Source of the DNA: Balanoglossus misakiensis | Lineage: Eukaryota > Animalia > Hemichordata | DNA: 64,000 nt | Assembly: GCA_040954595.2 (NCBI GenBank) | Contig: CM082577.2 | Span: 11,441,654-11,505,653, forward strand | Direction of reading: 5' to 3' | Shown here: positions 45,101-60,200 of the stretch, one piece after another | How positions within the stretch are numbered: position 1 is the first letter of the stretch | How the letters are laid out: each line of letters begins with the position of its first letter | Notes under the pieces: model-generated | Database searches by the model: none | What the model was told of the DNA's origin: nothing | The model's input: only the letters and a program-made list of their open reading frames with translations | Position numbers and translations under genes: made by a program

Positions 45101-48100
45101 TAGCAAATGGGCCAACACTGTACATGTACATAACTGCTATATATTCCCATAGAAACTGTTTAATTATAATCATCATTGTATATGATGATAATTCTTTATT
45201 TTTTTTTCAAGAATCTTCTTCGTAGCTTTGACGTCCGTTGTCATTTCCGAAACGGATAAATTAAACACTAAACACAAATACAAGAAAATAAATCTTGTAT
45301 GTATCTTTGCAAACCGTACCCCTGACAAGTGGAATCCACCAGTGCCATCCATTTCATGTTGAATTTTCTACTCAACTCTGAGACTGCAAAATGTGACGAC
45401 CTGCACGATGGACAATGTTTGTCTGTTTCGAAATATTTGGCAGGTGATATTTTGAGTACAGCACGCATGCAAAATTTCCCAGTCCCAGAGGTTCTGCATT
45501 GGAGTATTGTTAGTAAAATGTCATTAAATTAAAATGTCATGTTGACATGATCATGTGGGTGGCTAACTCGTTGTAGTCTTGCAAAAAAAGACGCCATCGG
45601 TTCACATACCATCATTTTGTCAAAGTCCTATTAATTAGATATTTCCAATGGAAACCTTTCCACCATTTACTTCAATGTAAACAATACTGGTATTTTTTTG
45701 GGGGGGGGGGACACACTATGCTCTGTTCAGTATGTCAGGAATGGGATTACTTGCACCGTAGGTTTTTAAATTGTCCAATCGCTGTAAGATGGCGGGATAG
45801 TGCAAACAATGTTATCAAAAGATTTCTAGGGAAATAAAGTGAAATTTCACCATCGAATACCATTTCACGGAGTGTGTTCTTTGAATCGGACAACAGTGTG
45901 GTAAGTTTTATCAGCGGAATTCACCCGACGTGCCAAGCTCAATGAAATGAAATGCGGGGCCGTATGGAAAGCCGTGGTTATTTTGAGTGAAGTATAGCGG
46001 AGCTGGTTTCTCAACATCTCCAGATGATCATCTTTAAATCATATACAAACAGTATCAAAAAGTTCCATTTTTTATAATTTTAAACTTTATGGTCGTTCCT
46101 AATATCCATCTCACGCTTTGCTGTAAAGATTTTTGACATGAGTACTGGTAACATTTTGAGAAACATAAATCACTTTGCGGGTATTTTCCAACACAGAAAA
46201 AAAAACAATTACAGACCGAGTAGACGGAAGTGTTGGTTGTTTTGTTGACCTTTAGTGAGAAATGTAATGACTAATGAATCCGTGGCCGTTCAACCGCTAG
46301 CGGCTGTCATAAACAGGAAAATACGTTAAAGTATAGATATGTCTGCGCGTGCGCATGTAGGATGTGACAAATAAGGCAGGGCGCACAATATCAGGTGACA
46401 TTGCAATCATGACGAGCTTTCTGTTGGACTGCAGATGCATATGTGGCAAATCCATGCTCAGAAATTGTACTATATTTTCCAAAAACTTCACACGAGGAAG
46501 ATAAAATTGCCAATAGTGGTGGGTTCATAAATCAGTAGTACATTATTCAATACATGCTAGTTTTATTCCAGTGATAAACAACACATGACTATTCTTTACT
46601 ATCAATCACGTGATCTTGCTATGTGACCCACGGCGTTGTCATTTCCAGATGACGGGCAAGCAATATTTCGACATCCAGTAAAAGTTTTTTCCGAGTATGT
46701 TTTACTTTAAAAGCGCCAGACGCGTAATATGTATCAGGTACGGTGCCTTATCAGCCCCATGGAGTTTCGTTTGCGCAGTCTTTGCCTGGACCACGTTGTT
46801 GAAGTTGCCCATCATCTGGAAATTTGAATGCTAACGTAACTGCCACCTGGACAATTGAGGAAGCGTAATTTGAACGGGAAAAGACCACAAATGCAATCAT
46901 AGATTATTTATTGTCATTTTCCGTGCAATTGATGACTATCCTGTCAAAATATGATACTATCCATAAATGATCACATCGACAGCGAATAAATAAATTGGCA
47001 TATTAAAGAATTCTATAGCAAATGGGCCAACACTAGTACATGTACATAACTGCTATATATGCCCATAGAAACTCTTTAATTTAAACTTGCATCAAAATAT
47101 GACACTATCCATAAATGATCACATCGACAGCGAATAAATAAATTGGCATATTAAATCAGAGAGGCGGTAGACACATGAGTTTCCTTGGTACACCCAGGAC
47201 AAGTTCTTTATTGAGAATAGTGACGGTCCATAATTGACTTAAGGACAGAACATTCTCCCAAGGTGTTAACGCATATTCACTGGATATATTCGGCTAACAG
47301 CATGACGTCAACGTCTGCCTTACCTCAGGCACTAGAGTCACCACAAACACGTTCTGCTTCCCCGCACCCTACGACCATGTAGGCAATGCACAGCCCTGAT
47401 GACAAAACAACAACATATTTTATAGAATTCAATAGGATACTATAAATCTTGACATTTCCATAGAATTCGACAGCAAATGGGCCAACACTGTGCATGTACA
47501 TAACTGCTATATATTCCCATAGAAACTGTTTAATTATAATCATCATTTTATATGATGAGAATTCTTTATTTTTTTTTCAAGAATCTTCTACGTAGCTTTG
47601 ACGTCCGTTGTCATTTCCGAAACGGATAAATTAAACACTAAACACAAATACAAGAAAATAAATCTTGTATGTATCTTTGCAAACCGTACCCCTGACAAGT
47701 GGAATCCACCAGTGCCATCCATTTCATGTTGAATTTTCTACTCAACTCTGAGACTGCAAAATGTGACGACCTGCACGATGGACAATGTTTGTCTGTTTCG
47801 AAATATTTGGCAGGTGATATTTTGAGTACAGCACGCATGCAACATTTCCCAGTCCCAGAGGTTCTGCATTGGAGTATTGTTAGTAAAATGTCATTAAATT
47901 AAAATGTCATGTTGACATGATCATGTGGGTGGCTAACTCGTTGTAGTCTTGCAAAAAAAGACGCCATCGGTTCACATACCATCATTTTGTTAAAGTCCTA
48001 TTAATTAGATATTTCCAATGGAAACCTTTCCACCATTTACTTCAACGTAAACAATACTGGTATTTTTTTGGGGGGGGGACACACTATGCTCTGTTCAGTA

Positions 48101-51100
48101 TGTCAGGAATTGGATTACTTGAACCGTAGGTTTTTAAATTGTCCAATCGCTGTAAGATGGCGGGATAGTGCAAACAATGTTATCAAAAGATTTCTAAGGA
48201 AATAAAGTGAAATTTCACCGTCGAATATCATTTCACGGAGTGTGTTCTTTGAATCGGACAACAGTGTGGTAAGTTTTATCAGCGGAATTCACCCGACGTG
48301 CCAAGCTCAATGAAATGAAATGCGGGGCCGTATGGAAAGCCGTGGTTATTTTGAGTGGAAGTATAGCGGAGCTGGTTTCTCAACATCTCCAGATGATCAT
48401 CTTTAAATCATATACAAACAGTATCAAAAAGTTCCATTTTTTATAATTTTAAACTTTATGGTCGTTCCTTAAATCCATCTCACGCTTTGCTGTAAAGATT
48501 TTTGACATGAGTACTAGTAACATTTTGAGAAATATAAATCATTTTGCGGGTATTTTCCAACACAGAAAAAAAAAACAATTACAGACCGAGTAGACGGAAG
48601 TGTTGGGTGTTTTGTTGACCTTTAGTGAGAAATGTAATGACTAATGAATCCGTGGCCGTTCAACCACGGCTAGCGGCTGTCATAAACAGGAAAATACGTT
48701 AAAGTATAGATATGTCTGCGCGTGCGCATGTAGGATGTGACAAATAAGGCAGGGCGCACAATATCAGGTGACATTGCAATCATGACGAGCTTTCTGTTGG
48801 ACTGCAGATGCATATGTGGCAAATCCATGCTCAGAAATTGTACTATGTTTTCCAAAAACTTCACACGAGGAAGATAAAATTGCCAAGAGTGGTGGGTTCA
48901 TAAATCAGTAGCACATTATTCAATACATGCTAGTTTTATTCCAGTGATAAACAACACATGACTATTCTTTACTATCAATCACGTGATCTTGCCATGTGAC
49001 CCACGGCGTTGTCATTTCCAGATGACGGGCAAGCAATATTTCGACATCCAGTAAAAGTTTTTTTCCGAGTATGTTTTACTTTAAAAGCGCCAAACACGTA
49101 ATATGTATCAGGTACGGTGCCTTATCAGCCCCATGGAGTTTCGTTTGCGCAGTCTTTGCCTGGACCACGTTGTTGAAGTTGCCCATCATCTGGAAATTTG
49201 AATGCTAACGTAACTGCCGCCTGGACAATTGAGGAAGCGTAATTTGAACGGGAAAAGACCACAAATGCAATCATAGATTATTTATTGTCATTTTCCGTGC
49301 AATTGATGACTATCCTGTCAAGCGGACCTTCAGAACAAATCTATAAGTGTGTTTGAAAAACATCGTTGATCAAAACACAGTTTTGTTTTGTTTTTACAAA
49401 TTAAATTTGTAATTTACTTGAAAGTCAAAGAATACTGCATAATAAACTCCTAAGGTACTCCTGGGCCACCTGTTTAAGCAAAAGTACAATTCCATAGCGT
49501 CGAGAATAAGGCAGGGGTCAAAATAATGAAAGTTGATTGGAGTGGGACAAAAAAGTCAATCGTTCATGTTGCGGGTAGTGTTGTCAGGATGATTGATTTA
49601 TTTTCGCCCATGCAAAATGAGACCTTATGATGCGTTGAAATAACAACGTGTTTTAAAATATTCAATATGCATGTAATTAAGAATGGATGTAAATATCAAT
49701 GCAAAGTAAAACACTTTAAAACAACTGCTCTTCAACACATCCAGTTAGTATCACTCGGTACGGCGACAAAGTCTCTTGACAGTTCGACTTGCACCAGTTG
49801 GATGATAAACAGCGGCGGTAACAAAGGTATGTTTCTTGAAGCTTTCACTATTCGACAGAGTTAGTTTCACACGCGTGTTGAACTACATTCAACGTATTAA
49901 TGAAATGGACAGAATACTTTTTGAACAAAGTTGACAGTGATACTGTTTAAAAACCATCATGTGACATCAACCGGTGTGAGTATTTTGATACAATGCCTAA
50001 TTGTCACAGAAATGGTCCATAAAAACCGAGAACTTTGCGATTGCAGAACTTTCGTTATATTTTTAACATCTTGATTCCATTGGTCAGTCGGAAACTCTGT
50101 CCATTTTTTGCAGCCCCGGAAATTGCACCAAAAGGAACAGATATTGTTCTAATGTTAATGACGTAAATTTTCTGAAAGACGCATTTCTTTCGCTGTTAAA
50201 CACAATCGACCGTGGTACGATGTCCTTAAAGTGTTCACGGCATCGAATTAGTTATTTAAACGGGGCATTTTTAAACACTGTCTTATTGTGTTGTTCAAAA
50301 AAAAAACATGCGCGCGATTTGGTTGAAAATATTTTATTACAGGGTCACACGTGTATGATTCCGATTATTGAGATCATCTTAAAAGCTTAATTTCAATAAC
50401 AGTTTATCACATATTATTGCATTTCAGACAATCATGATCACATCGCGATCCACAGCGATTTGGTTCTGCATGTTTGCACTACTTGTGGTGCAGATTACAG
50501 CTGCCAGCAAAAATAAGAGGAAGATTGAGGAAGAGCGAAGGATCCGTGCACTGCGTCCGAGCTTCGTCAAACGTGAACACCAAGCGCCACTGATTCACGC
50601 TGGAGACGAGAAGATAGACGAGGAATACATCGTAAAACTGAGGGTTAGTAGATGTTGTGGCGAACACACATTTATCGATTACAGACGGTTTGTTAGAGCC
50701 ATTTGGTGTTCACAACTGATAAATTCTTTTCAAATTCACAGTCACGGTTGTGTACGCAGCTAAAAGGCATATTGGCTATATCTATAGAAATGCCCACGTC
50801 CACATGTATGGATGGACGGTTAAAACATGCCAAATAGACTGCTCGTGTGTATAGCAAAATTAAACAAAACGAAAACACGTCAGAGTCTCGTTATATTATT
50901 GGGTACATAATAACCTAAGATATTTTTAATTGGACGCAGAAAACTAAAGAAGAGTAGAAGTCGCTCATTTTTTTCATTTCTTTGATATTGTCCAGAAGAT
51001 GGGTGCTCTCAAATTATATTGACGTTTAAGGTATCAAAATCTATCTCTAAATTCTCAAAGATGACGGACAAAAACGCTGCATTTACATTCGTATCTGGTA

Positions 51101-51239
51101 TCAGTTACATCAGGTTTTTCAAATAATGTGTAATATTGCAACCATTGGTACACTCATTACATGATTTGAAACCACTTTGCACATAACAGTGTATATTGTT
51201 ATGTCATTTTATTCAGGACGGCCTTACTGATGACGAACT
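42143..51239 (+). repeat. Segmental duplication copy B, with a 1.2-kb TE insertion and an internal ~2.25-kb tandem duplication
   Basis: Matches 24617-30141; ~44705-46947 and ~47081-49320 both match ~25974-28218. Confidence 0.92.
43249..44451. mobile_element. 1.2-kb non-autonomous DNA transposon present only in copy B
   Basis: Empty site ctttcaatagtatttcccc in copy A (~25714-25732). In copy B, TCATAGTTCCAC...GTGGAACCATGA TIRs are flanked by a 2-3 bp (AT/AAT) duplication. Internal hairpin at ~43478-43583. Confidence 0.85.
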
Positions 51240-54205
51240 AGCCGCTTTCGAAGAAAAATTCCAAGCACTTTCTGAAGAGCACGGCTTACATATTGATTTT
51301 CAAATAAATGTGACAAGACTGATGAAAGGTTTTGTCGCCAGAGTTCCTGGAGACGCAGTCGAAATAGTACGTGCGCATTTCGTTGTTTTCAAAAGCCTTT
51401 GGCTATATGTCTGTCTGTCTCTCTGTCTCTCTGTCTCTCTGTCTGTCTGTCTGAAACAAACTGACGAAATACAAAAGCTTGCTGTTGTATATCCATTGTA
51501 TGTATGTATGTATGTATGTATGTATGTATGTATGTATGTATGTATGTATGTATGTATGTATGTATGTATGTATGTATGTATGTATGTATGTATGTATGTA
51601 TGTATGTATGTATGTATGTATGTATGTATGTATGTATGTATGTATGTATGTATGTATGTATGTATGTATGTATGTATGTATGTATGTATGTATGCATGCA
51701 TGCATACATTTTCGTTTCTTTTAGCAAAACATTCCATGCCTATGTTTTTTTTCATTTAGCTCCGTTGGCTAGACGAGGTTGAGTATGTTGAAGAAGACGA
51801 AGTTGTCCATGGAAATGTAGAGTGGGGTTTGGACAGGATTGATCAGCCTGACCTGCCTTTGGATAACGTTTATTCATCAGCACCACTAGGTATTTTTTTC
51901 TAATACCTATCTTCCTCAAGTAATATACCCCAAATCGTTTATCACTTCAGAATTTGACTTGGCCAGCTTCATGTTTTAGTGTATGTTTAACGAAGTTAAA
52001 TTCAATTATCTGAAATTCATTTTAAACATTATGATTGCAATACTTTTTGTATTAAATTTTTATTTAAAGGGGACGGTAGTGGCGTTAATGTCTTTGTATT
52101 GGATACTGGCATACGTTTCTCACATAACGAGTTTGGTGGTAGAGCACATAGATTTTTTGACGCCATTTCAGATGGGCAAAATGTAAGTTGCACTATAAGA
52201 CACCATTGTTTTTGGGAAGTAAAGCGTCAATGGACAATGTTTCCATCAGATTCTTCTGTCGTACTACGTTGTGTGTATGTTGAGAGACACACACTTATAT
52301 GACAAATTCACAACTGAAATTGTTGCATGCACAGTGTTTTATTCGTTTTTTGCCCCAAAAAACAGTTTTACAATGACCATGACAGAAACCAATTTATTAG
52401 AATAAGGTCTTGACTTTATTCTGTTTATATGATTACTTTTTAGAGTGTAAATCTTTTACTTTTACTGCAAAACTGCAAGTAACTTGCAAAACTGTCACAG
52501 CAGTTTCAAAGAAATCATTTGAATAATTAGATATTTCTTAATTTCTTAAAAATCTCAAAATAGTTTTAATTGTGTGACTGTATGAAAAGTCAATGAAAAA
52601 GTTCACCTGTTTTAACACATTTGATCCCTGTTGCGTTTGGGAGACAATACAGAACGATATTTCGGTTTTACGTTCTAAATTTCAGATCTATGTAATAATA
52701 ATATTTCTGGATATATTGCATGTTTTTTCAGGGGAACGACTGTTATGGACATGGTACTCACTGTGCTGGTACTATTGGTGGGAATACTGTTGGTGTTGCA
52801 CCTGGTGTTACATTGTATGGGGGTCGTGTTTTGGATTGCCGAGGATGGGGGGCAAACAGTGGCGTTGTTGCAGGTAAGACTGAGTCATCGTAATTAGTGT
52901 TCAATTAGTGTTCATTTATTACAAAAAATAATTGTCAATAAGGAACATTGTAATTTTGCCTTTTTAATACAAGGTGAACGAAAAGCGCGAAATCCGAAGT
53001 TGTTTTAAATTATATTCATAGACGCTTACAGCATGGAGGTTCTCTCATGATTTTTCCCTACAGGTATGGATGCAATCGCTGCTTCCAATATGAAACCAGC
53101 AGTGGTCTCCATGTCGCTTGGCAGTGGACGCTCCACATCTACGAATTTGGCAGTCAAACGTTTAACCGATGCTGGGTACATCGTGGTTGTTGCTGCTGGA
53201 AACGACAATAGAGACGCCTGTACCAAGTCACCCGCTTCGGCTCCTGAGGTATGAAATTTAAAGTGGCAAAAACAAGTAGAATATAGTGAGGCATGACCCC
53301 AAGCAGAAAGGTGACAAACGATCACCAAGAATATGCGTACCATCTCAGAAATGTTTAAAAATGCAGGTGTTAACGCCCCTATGTGTTGCTGTATCTGTTT
53401 GTATTTAGCTCAGCAAAGTCGACACCAAATCTTGTGAGTTCTGCGTTTGATTTCACCGTGAAGTATACGTATAGCGACGATTAAATACCTTTCGCTCGAT
53501 TGTACATTGTATTCGTTTCTGAAAATATCAGGCCCACGTACGTCCATTGTAGATATGCATTTTTTTTTGTGTCGTACATGACCAGACTGAACCACAAATG
53601 ACTGAAAGTTGGCAACTGTTTCTGTATGTTACAGGCAATTACGGTGGGAGCTACTGAATCTGACGATGATTTAGCTTGGTATTCTAATTACGGCAGCTGT
53701 GTTAATATTCTGGCACCCGGAAGTGACGTCAGAAGTGCTTACAAAAACGCAGACGACAGCTACACCACTATGAGTGGCACCTCGATGGCAACTCCTCACG
53801 TTGCTGGTAAGTGTGTCTTGATATATTGATATTTTCGGAGGTCTTGATGTATTCTGGGGGCATTTTAATATAACAAAATTGAACAGTTTTGGTGACTTAG
53901 TTTTTTTTGTTGAAGATGTACATAATTAACGCAGTGTTCATCTTGCAGTCTTCTGTTCATTCCAAATGATGCATGATGTCGACAGTGGGGATCATGGCTT
54001 TCAGCGTGCCTGTTCCTGTAATAAATTTCTCTCTATTTCCTCAATCAAGGTGTTGCCGCCCTGCTGCTTCAAGCGGATCCATCTCTCACACAATCGGCGA
54101 TGTTGAACAAGTTGTTGGACGCTGCCCAAACAGGAAAAATTGACCTGTCCCGCCTGTCTGACAGTTCATCAACACCGAATAAACTCGTAAATATTCCCGC
54201 CATTG
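50434..54205 (+). CDS. Subtilase part of gene 3: exons 50434-50643, 51217-51366, 51760-51889, 52070-52182, 52732-52873, 53064-53248, 53635-53806, 54050-54205 (419 codons)
   Basis: Signal peptide; I9-like prodomain (EYIVKL..KGF..VEYVEED); [14 protein letters not shown]; catalytic Asp VLDTG, His GHGTHCAG, oxyanion AAGN, Ser [12 protein letters not shown]; C-terminal STPNKL. All introns GT-AG with consistent phases. Confidence 0.95.
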
Positions 54206-57200
54206 GTGAGTATATACAAATTTGCTTCTATACACCTTTTTCATTTAACCACTGTTACGAGAAAACACCTTTCTTACTTATTTTAATGTCTAGAAAACAA
54301 CAGAATGAAGTTGATAATACAATGTAATATCACAATTAACTCTATACATGCACATATGCCTTAAGATGGGTCCCCCGGATCTTTTTGCCCGTTGCTATGG
54401 ACCTTTGCAGGACATTACACCCCGATTTGGACTAAGCCGTTTTCAGAGTCTAACAAGGGGTTGGTAACTAGTTGAAAATCTGCACGATTATGAGTGTGCG
54501 CCCCCTGACGCCATTGATATGCAAATTAGCTAGGTCAAATTTCAAAAGCCTAAGGCTTTTTATTCCGTGACCTCAAAAACGAACTTGATACGTATTCATT
54601 AGTTGCTTGAACCAGGGAAGATCGTGACGGATTTTGTTTTCGAATATTATCGTTGTATCCTACGATTTCAGCATACCCGTATCACACCTGAAAAAGTCAT
54701 CGATTTTGGGTGTTTTTGGACGCACTCTTCCACCGGTATCGCTTCTTAGCACGACGAAAACCGAAAAAACGATCCGTCACACTGTGCGGAAGTGCGTTCT
54801 CAACAAGCAGGTCAAATTTGACTGGCGTACGTGGCCTATGAAAAAAGCCTTAGGGATTTTCGTGAACGGTACAAAATCTCTGTGTACAAAACATTGGATT
54901 TTTAGCGTTCGATCCAGTTACTGTGGTTACAGGACGCGCACGCTATCGCTGACCGCTGCTTTGCCGTATTAGCGTGGCGGCCTATGGCCGGGCGGTAGCT
55001 GCCGTAAACATACTCGGACAGTGGGTGTGCGCACAATCGTGTGTATTTTTAACTAGTTACAAGCCCCTTGTCGGACGTTCATAACGGTTTCGATCAAAAT
55101 TGAGTGTAGTGTCCTATAAAGGCCCATAGCAACGAGCAAAAAGATACGGGGGACCCATCTTAAATCGTGCTATATATTGTGGTATACCCGCCCTAGGCGG
55201 GAGATTATTCAAAAGAGTTCGGGCGTTCCATCTGGCCAGGGTGGGAGGTGGCGGAGGCAGCAGAGCGCCCGCTAACGACAGGCAGAGTTCTGATCTTATC
55301 AGTGGGTCTATCGCAGACTGTATCTAGTGAGAATAAAAACACGCGTACCATTGAGGTTAGACACACGCGTGGCCCGACATTCACGTCACCTGCGCGCGTG
55401 GAAGAAGATACTGGAGCGTACTACCCAGCCTACACACTCTGTGCTGCGTAGATTTTCATTGTACTGGAAATGTCGCTTATGCAGAAAAATACGAGAAACC
55501 ATGTATAGCCAAAATAACCAGCTACCAGAACGTATACTAAGAGTATTGAGTCAGACACAAGCTAACGCGTACCGGTGACCTCAGACACACGCTTGGTCCA
55601 ATCTTCACCTCAACTGTGCGCTTGCGGTGGTGGACACTAGAGCGTACACCCGGCGTATTATGCCAGAGAAAAATGGCGAGAATGCGCATTACGTAGTAGG
55701 CCTAGGCGAATGCATTGGGTCGCACTGTTTGCGAAATTCGAGGTCACAATTTCGTACGATCTTTGGTGCTACCGCAAAAGCGAGACAAAATGTACATTCC
55801 CTTTCTATAACAACGCGTCGTAGGTTTGTATTAAAATTGACTCATACGACAAGCCAAAACGTCAGTAAATCCATGACAGCAAACCAAGACTATTCGGAAA
55901 CATGGCAGGGCAATGTTCCAACCGAGAATGATTTACGTGATGCATCGGAGATTTAGTACCGTCCGGTAGATGGCATAAAGTGGGTGTACCCTCTACGGAA
56001 CAATGTAGCCTCCACGTATATAACATCTGTGACGAATTAATGTTATTTAAAAATATATCAATTATCTACCAGTATGAGTGAACTATCGAGTGTAAAGTTT
56101 CCAATGTTATTCTGCACCAGCTTTGGGCAAAGCCCTACGGGCTATCATTACTTGAGCATGTATATATTTCAGTCCTTATACATCTGTATGGGATAATAAT
56201 AGTACAGATTGAAAACAAGTTCCATGATAATTATCCCAAACGTTGCTGCTCATTGGGGTGAATTCCAAATGATTTACCACCTAGCCAATGCTTGTATACT
56301 GTTATAACTGTACCCCAGTTGTCCCGCCCCTAAACACTGAGATTTTTGTGTTAATGGAATCTCCTTGATCAGTTTGTTTTTTCTCAGAAGCTTCTTGCAA
56401 TGCCAGACAGGTTGTGTTTAATTTCTGTAGGGCGTCCAATATCTTCAGCGAGTTCATCAAATTCGGCCCAGTGTCTCTTTATTTATGAAGATAATAAAAC
56501 AAGTTCGTTGAATATGCAAATTAGGGGTAATTTATATGATATAAGTAACTGTTTCGATACAGTACCCGAACACAAGTTCGTTGCAACTTAGAACAAATTC
56601 GATGCTGGATGTCTGGATTCATACAGCTAATTGCACAAATTCATTAAATTTGCAAATTAGCAATTACTAAATAAGGCACTTCTAAATGTCTCACAACACA
56701 GTCAGATCCAGTCAGATAAACATTTTTTGTAGCATGTTACAATAATTTAAGAAATATAGCTCTAATTTTAAAAGTTCATAAATTATGCAAATGAGCACTC
56801 TATTGATATGATATTATGATCTATTGTTCCACAAGGAAACACTCTTGAATTACTTTCAACTGAAACGGATGTTGCCGTACAAGTGGATGTCCCTGATTTG
56901 ACAGCTGTGACTGCGTGTCTCTGGGTCAAAGCTGATTCGTCAAAAGAAAAGGCAACATTGGTTTCTTACTGTGTCAGCCGATCTAGCTGCAACGAGTTCC
57001 TCTTGTATGGTACAACCTCTCTGAAACTTTTCGTCAAACAGAAAAGCGCCAAGACAGGATTGGGGGTAGATGATGGTGCCTGGCATCATATGTGCGTGAC
57101 GTGGTCCTCAAGTGGTGGAAACTGGGCAAGTTACCATAATGGTGAATTGTTAAGCAGCGGTCATGGTTTAGTGTCTGGTCAGACCATCAGAACTGGTGGG

Positions 57201-60200
57201 ACATTGGTGTTAGGTCAAGAACAGGATGACCGGAGAGGTGGATATGACAAATCACAAGCATTTATTGGCAGCATCACTCAATTCAACATATGGTCCAGAG
57301 TCTTAACAGATGGGGAAGTTGCCATGGTAGCACAAGACTGCTCAATTGGAGGAGATGTCTTCACTTGGAATACTGCTTCTCTCTACATGTCAGCTAATGC
57401 AGAGCTGGGAAAGAGCAATGTTTGCTGTAAGTTATGTTTTTAATTAGAGTTCAACCACTTGATCCCCTAAACATATGAGAATAATACTAGTAGTTAATTG
57501 CCTGTTTTTTTAGTTTAAATCAATCGAAACTTCACAGCTATAATGACTTCGCATTTTTAACAAACTTCTGTCTTTCCATCTTTCAGCTAAGGGAAACACT
57601 CTTGAATTACTTTCAACTCAAACGGATGTTGCTGTTCAAATCGACGTCCCTGATTTGACAGCTGTGACTGCGTGTCTCTGGGTCAAAGCTGATTCGTCAA
57701 AAGAAAAGGCAACATTGGTTTCTTACTGTGTCAGCCGATCTAGCTGCAACGAGTTCCTCTTGTATGGTACAACCTCTCTGAACCTTTACGTCAAAGAGAA
57801 AAGCGCCAAGACAGGATTGGGGGTAGATGATGGTGCCTGGCATCATATGTGCGTGACGTGGTCCTCAAGTGGTGGAAACTGGGCAAGTTACCATAATGGT
57901 GAATTGTTAAGCAGTGGTCATGGTTTAGCGTCTGGTGAGACTATAAGAACTGGTGGGACATTGGTGTTAGGTCAAGAACAGGATGACCGGAGAGGTGGAT
58001 ATGACAAATCACAAGCATTTATTGGCATCATCACTCAATTCAACATGTGGTCCAGAGTTTTAACAGATGGGCAAGTTGCCATGGTGGCACAAGACTGCTC
58101 AATTGGAGGAGATGTCTTTACTTGGAATACTGCTTCTCTCTACATGTCAGCTAATGCAGAACTGGGAAAGAGCAATGTTTGCTGTAAGTTATGTTTTTAA
58201 TTAGAGTTCAACCACTTGATCCCCTAAACATATGAGAATAATACTAGTAGTTAATTGCCTGTTTTTTTTAGTTTAAATCAATCCAAACTTCACAGCTATA
58301 ATGACTTCGCATTTTTAACAAACTTCTGTCTTTCCATCTTTCAGCAAAGGGAAACACTCTTGAATTACGTATACTTTCAACTCAAACGGATGTTGCTGTT
58401 CAAATCGACGTCCCTGATTTGACAGCTGTGACTGCGTGTCTCTGGGTCAAAGCTGATTCGTCAAAAGAAAAGGCAACATTGGTTTCTTACTGTGTCAGCC
58501 GATCTAGCTGTAACGAGTTCCTCTTGTATGGTACAACCTCTCTGAACCTTTACGTCAAAGAGAAAAGCGCCAGGACAGGATTGGGGGTAGATGATGGTGC
58601 CTGGCATCATATGTGCGTGACGTGGTCATCAAGTGGTGGAAACTGGGCAAGTTACCATAATGGTGAATTGTTAAGCAGTGGTCATGGTTTAGCGTCTGGT
58701 GAAACTATAAGAACTGGTGGGACATTGGTGTTAGGTCAAGAACAGGATGACCGGAGAGGTGGATATGACAAATCACAAGCATTTATTGGCATCATCACTC
58801 AATTCAACATGTGGTCCAGAGTTTTAACAGATGGGCAAGTTGCCATGGTGGCACAAGACTGCTCAATTGGAGGAGATGTCTTTACTTGGAATACTGCTTC
58901 TCTCTACATGTCAGCTAATGCAGAGCTGGGAAAGAGCAATGTTTGCTGTAAGTTATGTTTTTAATTAGAGTTCAACCACTTGATCCCCTAAACATATGAG
59001 AATAATACTAGTAGTTAATTGCCTGTTTTTTTTAGTTTAAATCAATCCAAACTTCACAGCTATAATGACTTCGCATTTTTAACAAACTTCTGTCTTTCCA
59101 TCTTTCAGCAAAGGGAAACACTCTTGAATTACTTTCAACTCAAACGGATGTTGCTGTTCAAATCGACGTCCCTGATTTGACAGCTATGACTGCGTGTCTC
59201 TGGGTCAAAGCTGATTCGTCAAAAGAAAAGGCAACATTGGTTTCTTACTGTGTCAGCCGATCTAGCTGTAACGAGTTACTCTTGTATGGTACAACCTCTC
59301 TGAACCTTTACGTCAAAGAAAAAAGCGCCAGGACAGGATTGGGGGTAGATGATGGTGCCTGGCATCATATGTGCGTGACGTGGTCCTCAAGTGGTGGAAA
59401 CTGGGCAAGTTACCATAATGGTGAATTGTTAAGCAGCGGTCATGGTTTAGCGTCTGGTGAGACTATAAGAACTGGTGGGACATTGGTGTTAGGTCAAGAA
59501 CAGGATGACCGGAGAGGTGGATATGACAAATCACAAGCATTTATTGGCAGCATCACTCAATTCAACATATGGTCCAGATTCTTAACAGATGGGGAAGTTG
59601 CCATGGTAGCACAAGACTGCTCAATTGGAGGAGATGTCTTTACTTGGAATACTGCTTCTCTCTACATGTCAGCTAATGCAGAGCTGGGAAAGAGCAATGT
59701 TTGCTGTAAGTTATGTTTTTAATTAGAGTTCAACCACTTGATCCCCTAAACATATGAGAATAATACTAGTAGTTAATTGCCTGTTTTTTAGTTTAAATCA
59801 ATCGAAACTTCACAGCTATAATGACTTCGCATTTTTAACAAACTTCTGTCTTTCCATCTTTCAGCTAAGGGAAACACTCTTGAATTACTTTCAACTCAAA
59901 CGGATGTTGCTGTTCAAATCGACGTCCCTGATTTGACAGCTGTGACTGCGTGTCTCTGGGTCAAAGCTGATTCGTCAAAAGAAAAGGCAACATTGGTTTC
60001 TTACTGTGTCAGCCGATCTAGCTGCAACGAGTTCCTCTTGTATGGTACAACCTCTCTGAACCTTTACGTCAAAGAGAAAAGCGCCAAGACAGGATTGGGG
60101 GTAGATGATGGTGCCTGGCATCATATGTGCGTGACGTGGTCCTCAAGTGGTGGAAACTGGGCAAGTTACCATAATGGTGAATTGTTAAGCAGTGGTCATG

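Noticed and set aside
50434-54205. Bacterial contamination or recent horizontal transfer of an aqualysin-like protease
   Set aside because: Seven spliceosomal introns and host repeats are present, and proteinase K-like S8 genes are known in invertebrate deuterostomes. Ancient origin cannot be judged here.
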